Shown: positions 1 to 11,870 of the stretch, piece after piece
Layout of the letters: every line of letters begins with the position of its first letter
How positions within the stretch are numbered: the stretch's first letter is position 1
DNA from: Thermodesulfobacteriota bacterium
GTDB lineage: Bacteria; Desulfobacterota_D; UBA1144; Nemesobacterales; JAJCZQ01
Direction of reading: 5' to 3'
Assembly (NCBI GenBank): GCA_965203965.1
Contig: CBDBDR010000015.1
Span: 51,032-115,031 of the forward strand
DNA length: 64,000 nt
The notes under the pieces: generated by a model
What the model was told of the DNA's origin: nothing
The model's database searches: none
What the model saw: only the letters and a program-made list of their open reading frames with translations
Position numbers and translations under genes: made by a program

Positions 1-3000
1 GCTCTTCGCGAGGCAATATACTTACATGCTTCCGAGTTTAAGGCTCGAGGAAACCAGCCAATTATGGGACAAGAGATTCCTGCTAGCTATTTTCAGCTCA
101 ACAAAGAATTGGAGAAGATACAACAACAAGTGAAAGAAAACAAGAGTGAGCCAATCATGCATGCCGAGCGCTTCAAGGATCTAGTTCAACAGCTGAAGCT
201 CCCTGACATCCACAGCGATGGAGAGCTGCGAACAGCCACCCTCTTCCTCAACGAGGTAGGAACTATTCTCCACTATGATGATCGTAGCCACAACTTAAAT
301 GAGCTATATTTCGTGGATCCTCGTTGGCTTTGCGACATGATGTCAAAAGTTGTCACAGTCAGAGAAAGAAACAACTTTGTCAAGAATGGAATTCTCCATA
401 GTATGTACATACCATTTCTTTATCGTGACAAACGATTTCCCTGGCAGTACTTTGAGCAGTATGTCACTCTTCTGGATCGCTTTGAAATAGCTCTTCCTCT
501 CGACAACAAGCGAATACTTATTCCCTCCATGTTGCCCATTGAGCGTCCAAACGATGCTGATCTGTCTAGTCATCCAGATGGCCCTTACTACATGCGCTAC
601 ATCACATTTGCTACTACTGTTCCTCCTGGATTCTGGAGCCGACTTATCTCTCGTATCATGCACACTGTGCCTGAAGTGTGCCATGCTGTTGATGTGAAAG
701 CTGCCATGTCAAGTGATGAGGAGGCTATGGCATATTCTTATCCAGGAACACCAGATAAACCAGGTGACTTACTTATGGATTCTTCTGAGGCCGTCTCTCC
801 TGCTGGACCTCAATCTCCCAAGCCACAGTCTCCTTTGTCTACTCCTTCTACTCCTTCTACTCCCGGTAGTCAGCCTACTGTTCACCCACCCCTTGTTTTG
901 CCTAATATCAGTCGCATTATTCATGATGAAGACTTTGGCGATGTCAATCCTGAAGACATCAAACTGGTGTACTGGAGAGAAGGACTAGTGTATGATGGAC
1001 CTACAGTTAGTTTTGCTGTGGAGTCACTGACAAGATCAGGGCATAGATCAAAATCTGGTAGACAAGGTGTGTTATTAAAGGCATCTCCTACTGGGAAAGG
1101 CACCAAGACTATCTGCCTCTTGGTCGACTTGGTATTGGCACTTATTCATGACTGGTATCCAGGCCTGAACGAAAGTACCTTTGCCAGTGGATGTGGTGTT
1201 GAGCAATGCATCCCTTGCTATGAGTGCCTCAGAGAAAACCATAGTGATCCTTTTGAGTTTGAAATTGAGCAATCACGTCTACATATAAGTAACAATCAGA
1301 TGCAGATACGATGTGGATACAACACAAGAGATGATTCAGCCAATCATTTAGTCCAATTAAGTGACATTGTTCCAGATATGCTCTTGAGAGATCTTGATGC
1401 TGTATTTCTCCTTAAGAATTCTGAAATCAAGTATCAAGAAGATGCCAATTCTTTGCTAGGTGAGGGAGGCTTTGGAAAGGTGTATCGAGGCAAGTGCAGA
1501 GATAAGAGTGTTGCTATTAAGAAGTACATAGTGAACAGCAGTCGTCTTGAAGATGCCTTCAGTGAGCTTCGAGCAGAAGCTCTTGTTCTTCAGAAGTCTC
1601 ATCATCCGTGTTTAGTGTGTCTTGTGGGAGTCTGTGTTCATCCTATGATGGCACTGGTTCTAGAGGAAGCTCCCATGGGATCTTTAGAGAAGTACCTCAT
1701 TAAGAAACCAATACCAATTTCTCGAGTTGTGATCTATCGCATGGCAGCTCAGATTGCAGCTGCACTAAGGTTTCTTCATAATACGGGGTACATCTTTAGA
1801 GATCTGAAAGCAGCAAATGTGCTCGTTTGGTCACTAGAGCCTGAGTCTTTGTGCCACTGCAAGGTAACAGATTTTGGCATCGCCACGCACCTCTCTCCAG
1901 TTGGAGCACTTGGAATTCAAGGAACAAAAGGGTTTATTGCTCCAGAGGTTCTCTACATTGGAAAGAGGAAGGCTGTCTATACTCACAAGGCTGACATTTT
2001 TTCTTTTGCAATGTTGCTGTATCAGATGATTGCTCGTCGCCATCCTTTTCATAATGTACAGCCAGTGAAGATTGATACGAAGGTTGTGAGTGGAGAGCGT
2101 CCGAACATTGTTGATGTCCCTTTCGCTGACACTGGTTACTTTTTCTTGACCTACTTGATGAAGAAATGTTGGGAAGACAGACCAGAGTTACGACCACAGA
2201 CCAGTGATATCATCAACAAAGTGTCTGGAATGGTCATGCAGTCAGTGATGGCCATACATTCGGTGAACAGCCGCTTCTCTGTACGCCGTTGCTGTGCGAT
2301 TACACCAAGTAACTATGCTCGTGCTAATGTAGGCAACCATCCAAGTGAGCTTTGGGTTTGTTGCGATGGGGCCGAGGGAGCGGAAGTTAATATCTACAGC
2401 ACTCGAATGGTGAAGCTGAACAAAAACTTTATCAAAGATAATCAAGTGCAGTGCATGTGCGTGTGTGGAGACCATGTCTGGGTTGGATCACGAGCTGGCA
2501 TTGAGTATGGAGTGATTGATATATTCAGCATCACATCACGCGAACTTGTTCACAACATCCGAATGAGAGAGAATTCAGTCTCCTGTATCACCTGCTCTGA
2601 CTCAACTGTCTACCTCGGTACACTTGAGGGCTACTGTTTTGCTTTCTGCATGGATATCAAGGCCATTCAGTCGAATGCTCGTCCACGATATAAGTACATC
2701 TCTGAGAATGCAGTGGATGGTATCGCTGTGACTAACAAGCATGTATGGGTGTCTCACACTAAACTGATATACTTCCTCAACCTTGAAACACTGCAAATGG
2801 AACACTCCTGGCACCGACAAGGGAATCAAGATGAAGGGAATCAAGATGCGTTCATTGGACAACTGTCATGTTCAAATGATGGAAAGATCATCTGGAGTGC
2901 TCATCTTGGAGGAACAATATTATCTGCTTTTGATGCACACGATGAGACCCACTTGTACGATATCAATATCCAGCAAGAGTTCATACGTTTAGTGGGGAAA

Positions 3001-3969
3001 GGAATCCACTCAGAATATGATATCATAATGACAGCCGTAACTCCAGCACTAGACACAGTGTTTGTGGGCATGGCAACAGGTCACATCGTGGTATTCCATG
3101 AGCAACTAGTAATGATGATCGCTCGACCATACACAGAGTATGTGAGGTTCCTTTGTCCGATTTTATCAGAAGGCCCTTGCCAGACAGAAAAGTGCATGGT
3201 CTTGGCTGGAGCTAAAGGATTCACCAGCCCTTTACCAGAGTACGATGTTGTTCTTTCTACAGCCGACTCAGAGGAAGAAAAGGGACATCAATCAGCCGGT
3301 GTACTAGTGATGTTTGAAGCTTATCCTGGCCCAATGATAAAGCAGATGAAATGTCTTGAGGATGATGAAGGAGGCTATTTGTCATCACACACTAATCTCG
3401 CCAGAATGATTCGTAGTCAGCACTTCAAAGATGCTACTCATATCCTTGATTTAGCTGGAAAGAGTGAGACACTGAGACCAGTTCTACAGAAAACCACCAA
3501 AGATTTTGAAGAAAGCGGCATTCGTCACTCTATGCTGACCTCCTCCATAGCTGGCTCTCTTCCCTCTACTCCTATCAAACAATCAAATGAAAATTTTGAA
3601 GAGAAGAAAATTTCACCACTTCCCTCATCCACCGAGATAGATGGACAACCTCCTTGTAACAAGGAAGAAATTATCAAAGAATTGGAATCTCCTCCTCGAC
3701 CACGAGCAAGAACCAACACGGTTATTCAAGAGACAATGGATGTGGAAGTGCAAGGCCAAGCGGTACGTATCTCCTGTCCCAAGCCAGCAACAATGTCAGA
3801 AGTTATGAGAGAGCTAGCCATCAATACATCAAAGGAGACAACTCAGAACCATTGTCTTGGGTATAGAGCTCTAGATTCGGGAATGATGATAAAGGTGCTC
3901 GCAGACGATGAACTACAGCAGTATCTCAAAATGGAGTCTCGACCCAGCCTAACCTTGATCCTAAAATAA
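1..3969 (+). CDS. LRRK-type ROCO kinase, copy 1 (5' part outside window): end of Roc, COR, TKL kinase, WD40-like repeats, C-terminal PB1-like domain
   Basis: Open frame from window start to TAA 3969. COR motifs (GTILHY, YFVDPRWLCDM, PPGFWSRLISR), kinase motifs GEGGFGKVY, VAIK, RDLKAAN, DFG, GTKGFIAPE, then WD40-like repeats (VQCMCVCGDHVWVG, VFVGMATGHIVVF). Confidence 0.92.
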   Translation, partial: ALREAIYLHASEFKARGNQPIMGQEIPASYFQLNKELEKIQQQVKENKSEPIMHAERFKDLVQQLKLPDIHSDGELRTATLFLNEVGTILHYDDRSHNLNELYFVDPRWLCDMMSKVVTVRERNNFVKNGILHSMYIPFLYRDKRFPWQYFEQYVTLLDRFEIALPLDNKRILIPSMLPIERPNDADLSSHPDGPYYMRYITFATTVPPGFWSRLISRIMHTVPEVCHAVDVKAAMSSDEEAMAYSYPGTPDKPGDLLMDSSEAVSPAGPQSPKPQSPLSTPSTPSTPGSQPTVHPPLVLPNISRIIHDEDFGDVNPEDIKLVYWREGLVYDGPTVSFAVESLTRSGHRSKSGRQGVLLKASPTGKGTKTICLLVDLVLALIHDWYPGLNESTFASGCGVEQCIPCYECLRENHSDPFEFEIEQSRLHISNNQMQIRCGYNTRDDSANHLVQLSDIVPDMLLRDLDAVFLLKNSEIKYQEDANSLLGEGGFGKVYRGKCRDKSVAIKKYIVNSSRLEDAFSELRAEALVLQKSHHPCLVCLVGVCVHPMMALVLEEAPMGSLEKYLIKKPIPISRVVIYRMAAQIAAALRFLHNTGYIFRDLKAANVLVWSLEPESLCHCKVTDFGIATHLSPVGALGIQGTKGFIAPEVLYIGKRKAVYTHKADIFSFAMLLYQMIARRHPFHNVQPVKIDTKVVSGERPNIVDVPFADTGYFFLTYLMKKCWEDRPELRPQTSDIINKVSGMVMQSVMAIHSVNSRFSVRRCCAITPSNYARANVGNHPSELWVCCDGAEGAEVNIYSTRMVKLNKNFIKDNQVQCMCVCGDHVWVGSRAGIEYGVIDIFSITSRELVHNIRMRENSVSCITCSDSTVYLGTLEGYCFAFCMDIKAIQSNARPRYKYISENAVDGIAVTNKHVWVSHTKLIYFLNLETLQMEHSWHRQGNQDEGNQDAFIGQLSCSNDGKIIWSAHLGGTILSAFDAHDETHLYDINIQQEFIRLVGKGIHSEYDIIMTAVTPALDTVFVGMATGHIVVFHEQLVMMIARPYTEYVRFLCPILSEGPCQTEKCMVLAGAKGFTSPLPEYDVVLSTADSEEEKGHQSAGVLVMFEAYPGPMIKQMKCLEDDEGGYLSSHTNLARMIRSQHFKDATHILDLAGKSETLRPVLQKTTKDFEESGIRHSMLTSSIAGSLPSTPIKQSNENFEEKKISPLPSSTEIDGQPPCNKEEIIKELESPPRPRARTNTVIQETMDVEVQGQAVRISCPKPATMSEVMRELAINTSKETTQNHCLGYRALDSGMMIKVLADDELQQYLKMESRPSLTLILK

Positions 3970-4152
3970 CTATACTAGTGTGTGCTATGTGTATTGCACC
4001 TTTTACCAACTAGGACTCTACAATAGACTAATTTGATTTCAGTGTAAATTTGCATGCAGATCATTATTATTTCGCGCTTTGGTTCGTCACGTCCACGTGA
4101 TAGAGATCTCTTCTGGATGTGTCGAGAGTCGAGATTTTAATAGCAGGTGATC

Positions 4153-7100
4153 ATGGCAAGATATTTTAGCTTCAAGAAAAAAGACAGCAACTCGCTTCAA
4201 GGTAAGAAACTCCGCGTCCGTGCTTCTGAATCATTTGCGGCTACGACCTGTACGAGGTTGCCGCTGGAGCAAATGTACAATGTATTCGAATGGTGGATAG
4301 GGCATTATTCATTGCGGTAGGAGGTGGTCGGATTTTTATTTTGGTTTGGTACAGATATTAGCGCCATTATTACCCTGGGGTAGGGTTGGGTTTGTCTGTC
4401 TGTATGTAGTATGTGTATGTACAAAAAACGTGGCTGTTTATTGCCTTACTGCTCAAAGATTGTCATGAAATAGCTCTCAACAGCTTGGTTGTTGAATATT
4501 TATTCAACGCTTGCGAAGTCATGCATGAAAGTCTTCTGTCGCGTGCTACGGCCATGCATGTATTCCTATTAGCAACATCGCCGATTAGAACATTCCGGTA
4601 AGTAGGTGTGCCACAATTGTGAGACGTGGCCAAGCCATTAAATTAAAATCCACCAATAATTATTTTGACAAAACGCTAATAATTATACATGTAGTACTTT
4701 GCGCCAATATTTTCTGCTATATGGTATGAGATACCTATGTCCATTGCTGTTCCATTTAGCGACTGATTAGAGCATAATAATTATTAGACCACAGCTAAAC
4801 AACGCTCACGTGTCTTTGCTCGTCGTTCGTGTTGTTTTTGTTTGCTGTTGCTATGGTCTAAATCAGTTAGACTGCGCATCCAATCGGATCTACGCGATGT
4901 AGATGCCCTCACGCCGTTACCATAGCGCCCTCGCTACACTCGGATGCTATATAGCAACGGCTCTCGGGCTTCTAAATTGTGTAGATCCTCGGATGCGCTG
5001 TCTAACTATTATTTATAATGAGATTTACAGTGAAACCCCTCTTAATTAGCATGGACCGGACTCATCTCTCTATAATAGCACTTATTATTACTGAACCCCA
5101 AATAATGGATACCCTAGCTCTCTAAAATGGACAATATTGTTTGTCCTAATGGTGTCCGCTTTATAGAGGCTCCACTGTATCGCAAACTTCTGACTTGTTT
5201 AACTTTCAGAAATGGTGTTAGTTTTTAAGATTTGGTTTGTTTATAGTTTTAGAATCAGTTCTGTTTTTGTTTGAGGTTTGGACGTTTATTATGACAAGAA
5301 GGTTTTCATAATAAAAGCTTGACTCAATGAATGATTTTATGTAAGTCCACAAAGAAGTCTGTGGAGTATGTTAAGCTCCTGTTTGAGCTAATTTATAATT
5401 CTTAAAACCTGTATTGGCAAAAGGAAATGCCATTTAGTAAGTTAGTGGTTTTCCAGAAGTAACACAAGTATGCAGCAGTCATAGTGCATTGTCTGGTAAC
5501 AAGGATTAAAACTCACAAGACTGAATAATTATTATTGCACCAAAATTTAAACAGCTTGATGGTAGCCAGCAAAAGTATCCTGATCTACTTGAGTGCCCGA
5601 TACTGTTTTGCTTGGCTACTGATGAATATCGAACAAGTCTGAACTTCATGGAATCCTCGAGGACAATTCACTACATAGTTAGCAAAATAGCTTTACTCTC
5701 TCAGGCCCTAGTAAGACAGTTAGTAGATGAGTACTGTTCGTAATTTTGATGCTAGAATTGGTATGCCATTTTCCAGCACAGCGCCCACACATTATGCTCA
5801 CTGCAGCTACATCCATGGAGGCGCAGCAGAATTCGACTAGATGATAATCATTCAATGACTCAATACAATGTTAATGTTGTGACTATGGTTAATCGATAAT
5901 CAAGGTAGAGGAGCTCCACATTATGACACTGTAAGCGTGGATGCTTTTTACTATGCGAAAACAGTAAAATTTCTGTGTTTATTGTAGCAAATTTTTACAC
6001 TACTGATTTAATAGTGTGTGATAGAAACTTTTCACTAAAATTTTAATCATAGAAAAAATCCAAGAAACAGAGGATGAGGATCGAATAAAGAATGAGGAAT
6101 TGGAGAAGGACTGCCTCGAGCGAGCTCTCACAGCTGCTGTCACAACTGGTAACCACTTCAATGTGGGCAAGTTGATTGTTAAGGGTGCCACAAATATCGA
6201 CAATGCCCTCAAGCAAGCCATCGAAACAAAGAAATACCATGCCACGGCCATGCTTCTTTTGGTTATTGCTGCTATGAAAGGGAAATGTCAGCTTGTTCTG
6301 AAGCTGTTTACTGAGTATTCTGGGGCTGTTGCTCTCCCTGAAGGTGTAGAAATCACTGAAGAGGATATCAAAGAAGTACAGAAAGCTGTTACATCTGGGC
6401 AAGTATCCACAGTCGTACCAATCGAGATAGCTCGAAGAAAGGGCCAGGATAGTGTCCGAGAGGAGCTGCTTCTTCACACTGAAGTGAAACAAGATGAAGG
6501 CACCGTATATTGGCATGGGCTACGACTGCTGAATATTGAGCTCTCCTGGATCAGAAAGATTCACTGGGTAAAGAGACTACGTCTTGCTCGAAATGGATTC
6601 CGCTTCATTCCAAGTGAAGTCAGACAATATCTAAAACAGGTAATTAGTCAGCATAATATTTTTTCCAATTAGAATTAAGGCCTACAAAGTGCATTGAATT
6701 CCCTTTGGAGAATTGCTCGTCCAAGGTGAAGTCAATGCGCATTGAGTGCGTTCACAATTTAGTGACAATACAAATAAAGAAACGATTTGAAAAATGAATT
6801 AGCCATTACCGCTGTCATGTGACCAAATTTCTCTTGGCGTCCTAGTCACTTCAGTAGCCCATCCAATCATCCATGCAGTTGTAGTACCCCTCTAGTCTCT
6901 CTGCATGCACTCACGAAGCACATTTTCACGATTTCATGCAAGAGGTGTGACTTCGTTATTGATGAATAATAATATGATTTGCTTGAATCGCTTCCAGTCC
7001 ACTTCCAAACCATCTCCGTACATGGTTTAGCTGAAAGCGCATTGAACTCGAATGCGCATTCAGTGTGAATGATGCAAATCGAATTCAATGTGCATATAAT

Positions 7101-10100
7101 GTACATTGAATTCGCAATTTTGCCATAGTATAATGAAGGGCCTTAAATGGGTGCACACTGCTCACTTCATACTTGTTTACTCTTTCCCTATCTAGGTCGT
7201 TCTGCTTGATTTACAGCACAATGAGCTGACAGAAATACCTCGTTGTATCCTTGAGCTGCCTAGTCTAACCAAACTCATCCTCTCCCACAATCATATTGTG
7301 GAATTGCCTGATATACATGAGTGGTCCGCTGGTCTGACAGTACTAGATTTGGCTTTCAATGAGCTAAGTAACCTCCCTAATACAATCGTAGCTCCCTCCA
7401 TCAGGACACTGAATATCAGCGGCAACAAATTTCGCTTCGTTCCACTTTGCATCTGCTCGTTTACCAGCCTTCAATATCTTGATCTCAGTGAAAATGTTCA
7501 CATTCGCTTTCTTCCTGTTGAAATGGGTCGACTCTCTAATCTTACTAAGCTAGGACTGAAGGGTCTGAAATATCTCAGTGATCCTCCACGTAATGTTCAG
7601 CGTGATGCAAGAGACTGTGTTTACTACCTCAATAGCAAGCTTCGCAGTGCTAAAAAATTTTATCGCATGAAGCTTATGCTTATTGGCAAGCAAGATCGAG
7701 GTAAGACAACTTTGGTAACTCGACTGCTAGGCAATGAGATCGTGGGTCCCAACCAGTCTACGGTAGGTGTAGACGTGAGCGAGTGGAATTATGGTGGTAT
7801 TGGCAAGCGCAAGTTTCAGTTTAGTATCTGGGACTTTGGTGGTCAAGAAGAATACTATGCTACTCATCAGTGCTTTCTCTCTGAGCGATCTATGTACCTC
7901 CTTCTTTTCAACCTCAAGCACGGAGAAAAAGGAGTTGAGGAGCTCAAACCATGGCTTGACAACATTGTCCTCAGAGCACCACGTTCCTGTGTCATCATTG
8001 TTGGTACTCATCTTGATGAAGTGGAAGACTCAGAAAGGCCACAGATCGACCAACTTCTCAACAGTGTGGCCACTCTTGCCAGCAGCTATGGCAACAAGCT
8101 GCAAGTTCCTGAAGTACTGCCTGTTGGTCTTGTGAACAGGCTAGAGAACATAGGATATCTTCGTGAGGCAATATACTTACATGCTTCTGAGTTTAAGGCT
8201 CGAGGAAACCAGCCAATTATGGGACAAGAGATTCCTGCTAGCTATTTTCAGCTCAACAAAGAATTGGAGAAGATACAACAACAAGTGAAAGAAAACAAGA
8301 GTGAGCCAATCATGCATGCCGAGCGCTTCAAGGATCTAGTTCAACAACTGAAGCTCCCTGATATCCACAGCGATGGAGAGCTGCGAACAGCCACCCTCTT
8401 CCTCCATGAGGTAGGAACTATTCTCCACTATGATGATCGAAGTCACAGCTTAAATGAGCTATATTTCGTGGATCCTTGCTGGCTTTGCGACATGATGTCA
8501 AAAGTTGTCAGAAGAAACAACTTTGTCAAGAATGGAATTCTCCATAGTATGTACATACCATTTCTTTATCGTGAGAAACAATTTCCCTGGCAGTACTTTG
8601 AGCAGTATATCACTCTTCTGGATCGCTTTGAAATAGCTCTTCCACTCGACAACAAGCGAGTACTTATTCCCTCCATGTTGCCCATTGAGCGTCCAAACGA
8701 TGCTGATCTATCTAGTCATCCAGATGGCCCTTACTACATGCGCTACATCACGTTTGCTACTACTGTTCCTCCTGGATTCTGGAGCCGACTTATCTCTCAT
8801 ATCATGCACACTGTGCCTGAAGTGTACCATGCTGTTGATGTGAAAGCTGCCTTATCAAGTGATGAGGAGGCTATGGCATATTCTTATCCTGGAACACCAG
8901 ATAAAAAATCAGGCGACTTACTTATGGATTCTTCTGAGGGCGTCTCTTCTGCTGGACTTCAATCTCCCAAGGCACAGTCTCCTTTGTCTTATCCTTCTAC
9001 TCCCGGTAGTCAACCTACTGTTCACCCACCCATTGTTTTGCCTAATATCAGTCGCATTATTCATGATGAAGACTTTGGCGATGTCAATCCCGAAGACATC
9101 AAACTGGTGTACTGGAGAGAAGGACTAGTGTATGATGGACCTACAGTTAGTTTTGCTGTGGAGTCACTGACAGGATCAGGGCATAGATCAAAATCTGGTA
9201 GACAAGGTGTGCTATTAAAGGCATCTCCTACTGGGAAAGGCACCAAGACTATCTGCCTCTTGGTCGACTTGGTATTGGCACTTATTCATGACTGGTATCC
9301 AGGCCTGAACGAAAGTACCTTTGCCGGTGCATGTGGTGTTGAGCAACGCATCCCTTGCTACGAGTGCCTCAGAGAAAATCATAGTGATCCTTTTGAGTTT
9401 GAAATTGAGCAATCACGTCTACATATAAGTAACAATCAGATGCAGATACGATGTGGATACAACACAAGAGATGATTCAGCCAATCATTTAGTCCAATTAA
9501 GTGACATTGTTCCAGATATGCTCTTGAGAGATCTTGATGATGTATTTCTCCTTAAACATTCTGAAATCAAGTATCAAGAAGATGCCAATTCTTTGCTAGG
9601 CGAGGGTGGCTTTGGAAAGGTGTATCGAGGCAAGTGCAGAGATAAGAGTGTTGCTATTAAGAAGTACATAGTGAACAGCAATCGTCTTGAAGATGCTTTC
9701 AGTGAGCTTCGAGCAGAAGCTCTTGTTCTTCAGAAGTCTCATCATCCGTGTTTAGTGTGTCTTGTGGGAGTCTGTGTTCATCCTATGATGGCACTGGTTC
9801 TAGAAGAAGCTCCCATGGGATCTTTAGAGAAGTACCTCATTAAGAAACCAATACCAATTTCTCGAGTTGTGATCTATCGCATGGCAGCTCAGATTGCAGC
9901 TGCACTAAGGTTTCTTCATAATACAGGGTACATCTATAGAGATCTGAAGGCAGCAAATGTGCTTGTTTGGTCACTAGAGCCTGAGTCTTTGTGCCACTGC
10001 AAGGTAACAGATTTTGGTATCACCACGCATCTCTCTCCAGTTGGAGCACTTGGAATTCAAGGAAACAAATGGTTTATTGCTCCAGAGGTTCTCTACATTG

Positions 10101-11629
10101 GAAAGAGGAAGGCTGTTTACACTCACAAGGCTGACATATTTTCTTTTGCAATGTTGCTGTATCAGATGATTGCTCGTCGCTGTCCTTTTCATAATATACA
10201 GCCAGTGAAGATTGATACGAAGGTTGTGAGTGGAGAGCGTCCGAACATTGTTGATGTCCCTTTCGCTGACACTGGTTACTTTTTCTTGACCTACTTGATG
10301 AAGAAATGCTGGGAAGACAGACCAGAGTTACGACCACAGACCAGTGATATCATCAACAAAGTGTCTGGAATGGTCATGCAGTCAGTGATGGCCATACATT
10401 CAGTGAACAGTCGCTTCTCCGTACGTAATTGCTGTTGTGCAACATTGTCTTGCAAATCTGCTCAATTCCATAGCAGTAGCCAATTCAGCGAGTCTTGCAA
10501 ATTCAACAGTAGGAGCCTATTGGGTGAGCTTTGGGTTTGTTGTGATGGGACTGAAGGAACAGAATTTATCATTTACAGCACTAGAATGGAAAATCTGGGC
10601 AAGATACTCATCAAGAACAATCAAGTGCAGTGCATGTGCGTGTGTGGAGACCATGTCTGGGTTGGATCACGAGCTGGCATTGAGTACGGAGTGATTGATA
10701 TATTTTGCAAGACGTCACATGAGCATGTTCATAACATAAAAATGACTAAGTTGGTCTCCTGCATCACCTGTTCTGACTCAACTGTCTACCTCGGTACACT
10801 TGAGGGCTACTGTTTTGCTTTCTGCATGGATATCAAGGCCATTCAGTCGAATGCTCGTCCACGATATAAGTACATCTCTGAGAATGCAGTAGATGGTATT
10901 GCTGTGACTAACAAGCATGTATGGGTGTCTCACACTAAGCTGATATACTTCCTCAACCTTGAAACACTGCAAATGGAACACTCCTGGCACCGACAAGGGA
11001 ATCAAGATGCGTTCATTGGACAGCTGTCATGTTCAAATGATGGAAAGATCATCTGGAGTGCTCATCTTGGAGGAACAATATTATCTGCTTTTGATGCACA
11101 TGATGAGACCCACTTGTACGATATCAATATCCAGCAAGAGTTCATACGTTTAGTTGGGAAAGGAATCCACTCAGAATATGATATCATAATGACAGCCGTA
11201 ACTCCAGCACTAGACACAGTGTTTGTGGGCATGGCAACAGGTCACATCGTGGTATTCCATGAGCAACTAGTAATGATGATTGCTCGACCATACACAGAGT
11301 ATGTGAGGTTCCTTTGTCCGATTTTATCAGAAGGCCCTTGTCAGACAGAAAAATGCATGGTCTTGGCTGGAGCTAAAGGATTCACCAGCCCTTTACCAGA
11401 GTACGATGTTGTTCTTTCTACAGCCGACTCAGAGGAAGAAAAAGGACATCAATCAGCCGGTGTACTAGTGATGTTTGAAGCTTATCCTGGCCCAATGATA
11501 AAGCAGATGAAATGTCTTGAGGATGATGAAGGAGGCTATTTGTCATCACACACTAATCTCGCCAGAATGATTCGTAGTCAGCACTTCAAAGATGCTACTC
11601 ATATCCTTGATTCACCTACGCATGTTTGA
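4153..11629 (+). CDS. LRRK-type ROCO kinase, copy 2 (ANK-like, LRR, Roc, COR, kinase, WD40-like), C-terminally shorter than copy 1
   Basis: Inferred exons 4153-4201 (MARYFSFKKKDSNSLQ, gtaag donor), 6053-6639 and 7196-11629 splice in frame. LRRs (LDLAFNELSNLP), Roc P-loop GKQDRGKTT, WDFGGQEEYY, THLD, COR and kinase. Near-identical to copy 1 over ~8155-11611. Confidence 0.9.
4784..5010. mobile_element. Non-autonomous palindromic element: short inverted-repeat pair plus ~145 bp hairpin with CCTCGCTACACTCGG centre
   Basis: TTAGACCACAGC (4784) and GCTATGGTCTAA (4850) are inverted (11/12). 4865-5007 is an imperfect palindrome (AGTTAGACTGCGCATCC...GGATGCGCTGTCTAACT). Same design as 40567-41474. Confidence 0.65.
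5028..5177. mobile_element. Tc1/mariner (pogo/Tigger-like) MITE
   Basis: TA|CAGTGAAACCCCTC...GAGGCTCCACTG|TA: imperfect TIRs flanked by TA. Termini resemble those of 47228-47337. Confidence 0.65.
6679..7142. mobile_element. Possible degenerate non-autonomous DNA element in ROCO intron 2
   Basis: TTAA|GGCC...GGCC|TTAA ends, with repeated AATGCGCATT/CATTGAATTC motifs near both ends. TIR match beyond 4 bp is poor. Confidence 0.3.
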
Positions 11630-11870
11630 AGATTAAAGTGCTTACAGATTAATTACATCAATACCTGAAGAAACTTGCACCATAGTTACAAATATCTTTA
11701 ATCCTCATTTTAGTTTATTGATCGTCATAATAATTATAATAATGATTTCACAGTATAAACAAATTTGACATAGGTCTTGTGAATAGTTACATGGTATGCA
11801 GTTTAGATCAGTAGTTCAGACTTAGTAGTGGTAGTGAGTATTTACAAATTGCATGTAATAAAGTACTTGT

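Noticed and set aside
1..11629. LRRK duplication as a pure haplotype or assembly artefact
   Set aside because: The localised divergent patch, in-frame indels and distinct 3' ends favour true paralogues, though long reads should confirm.
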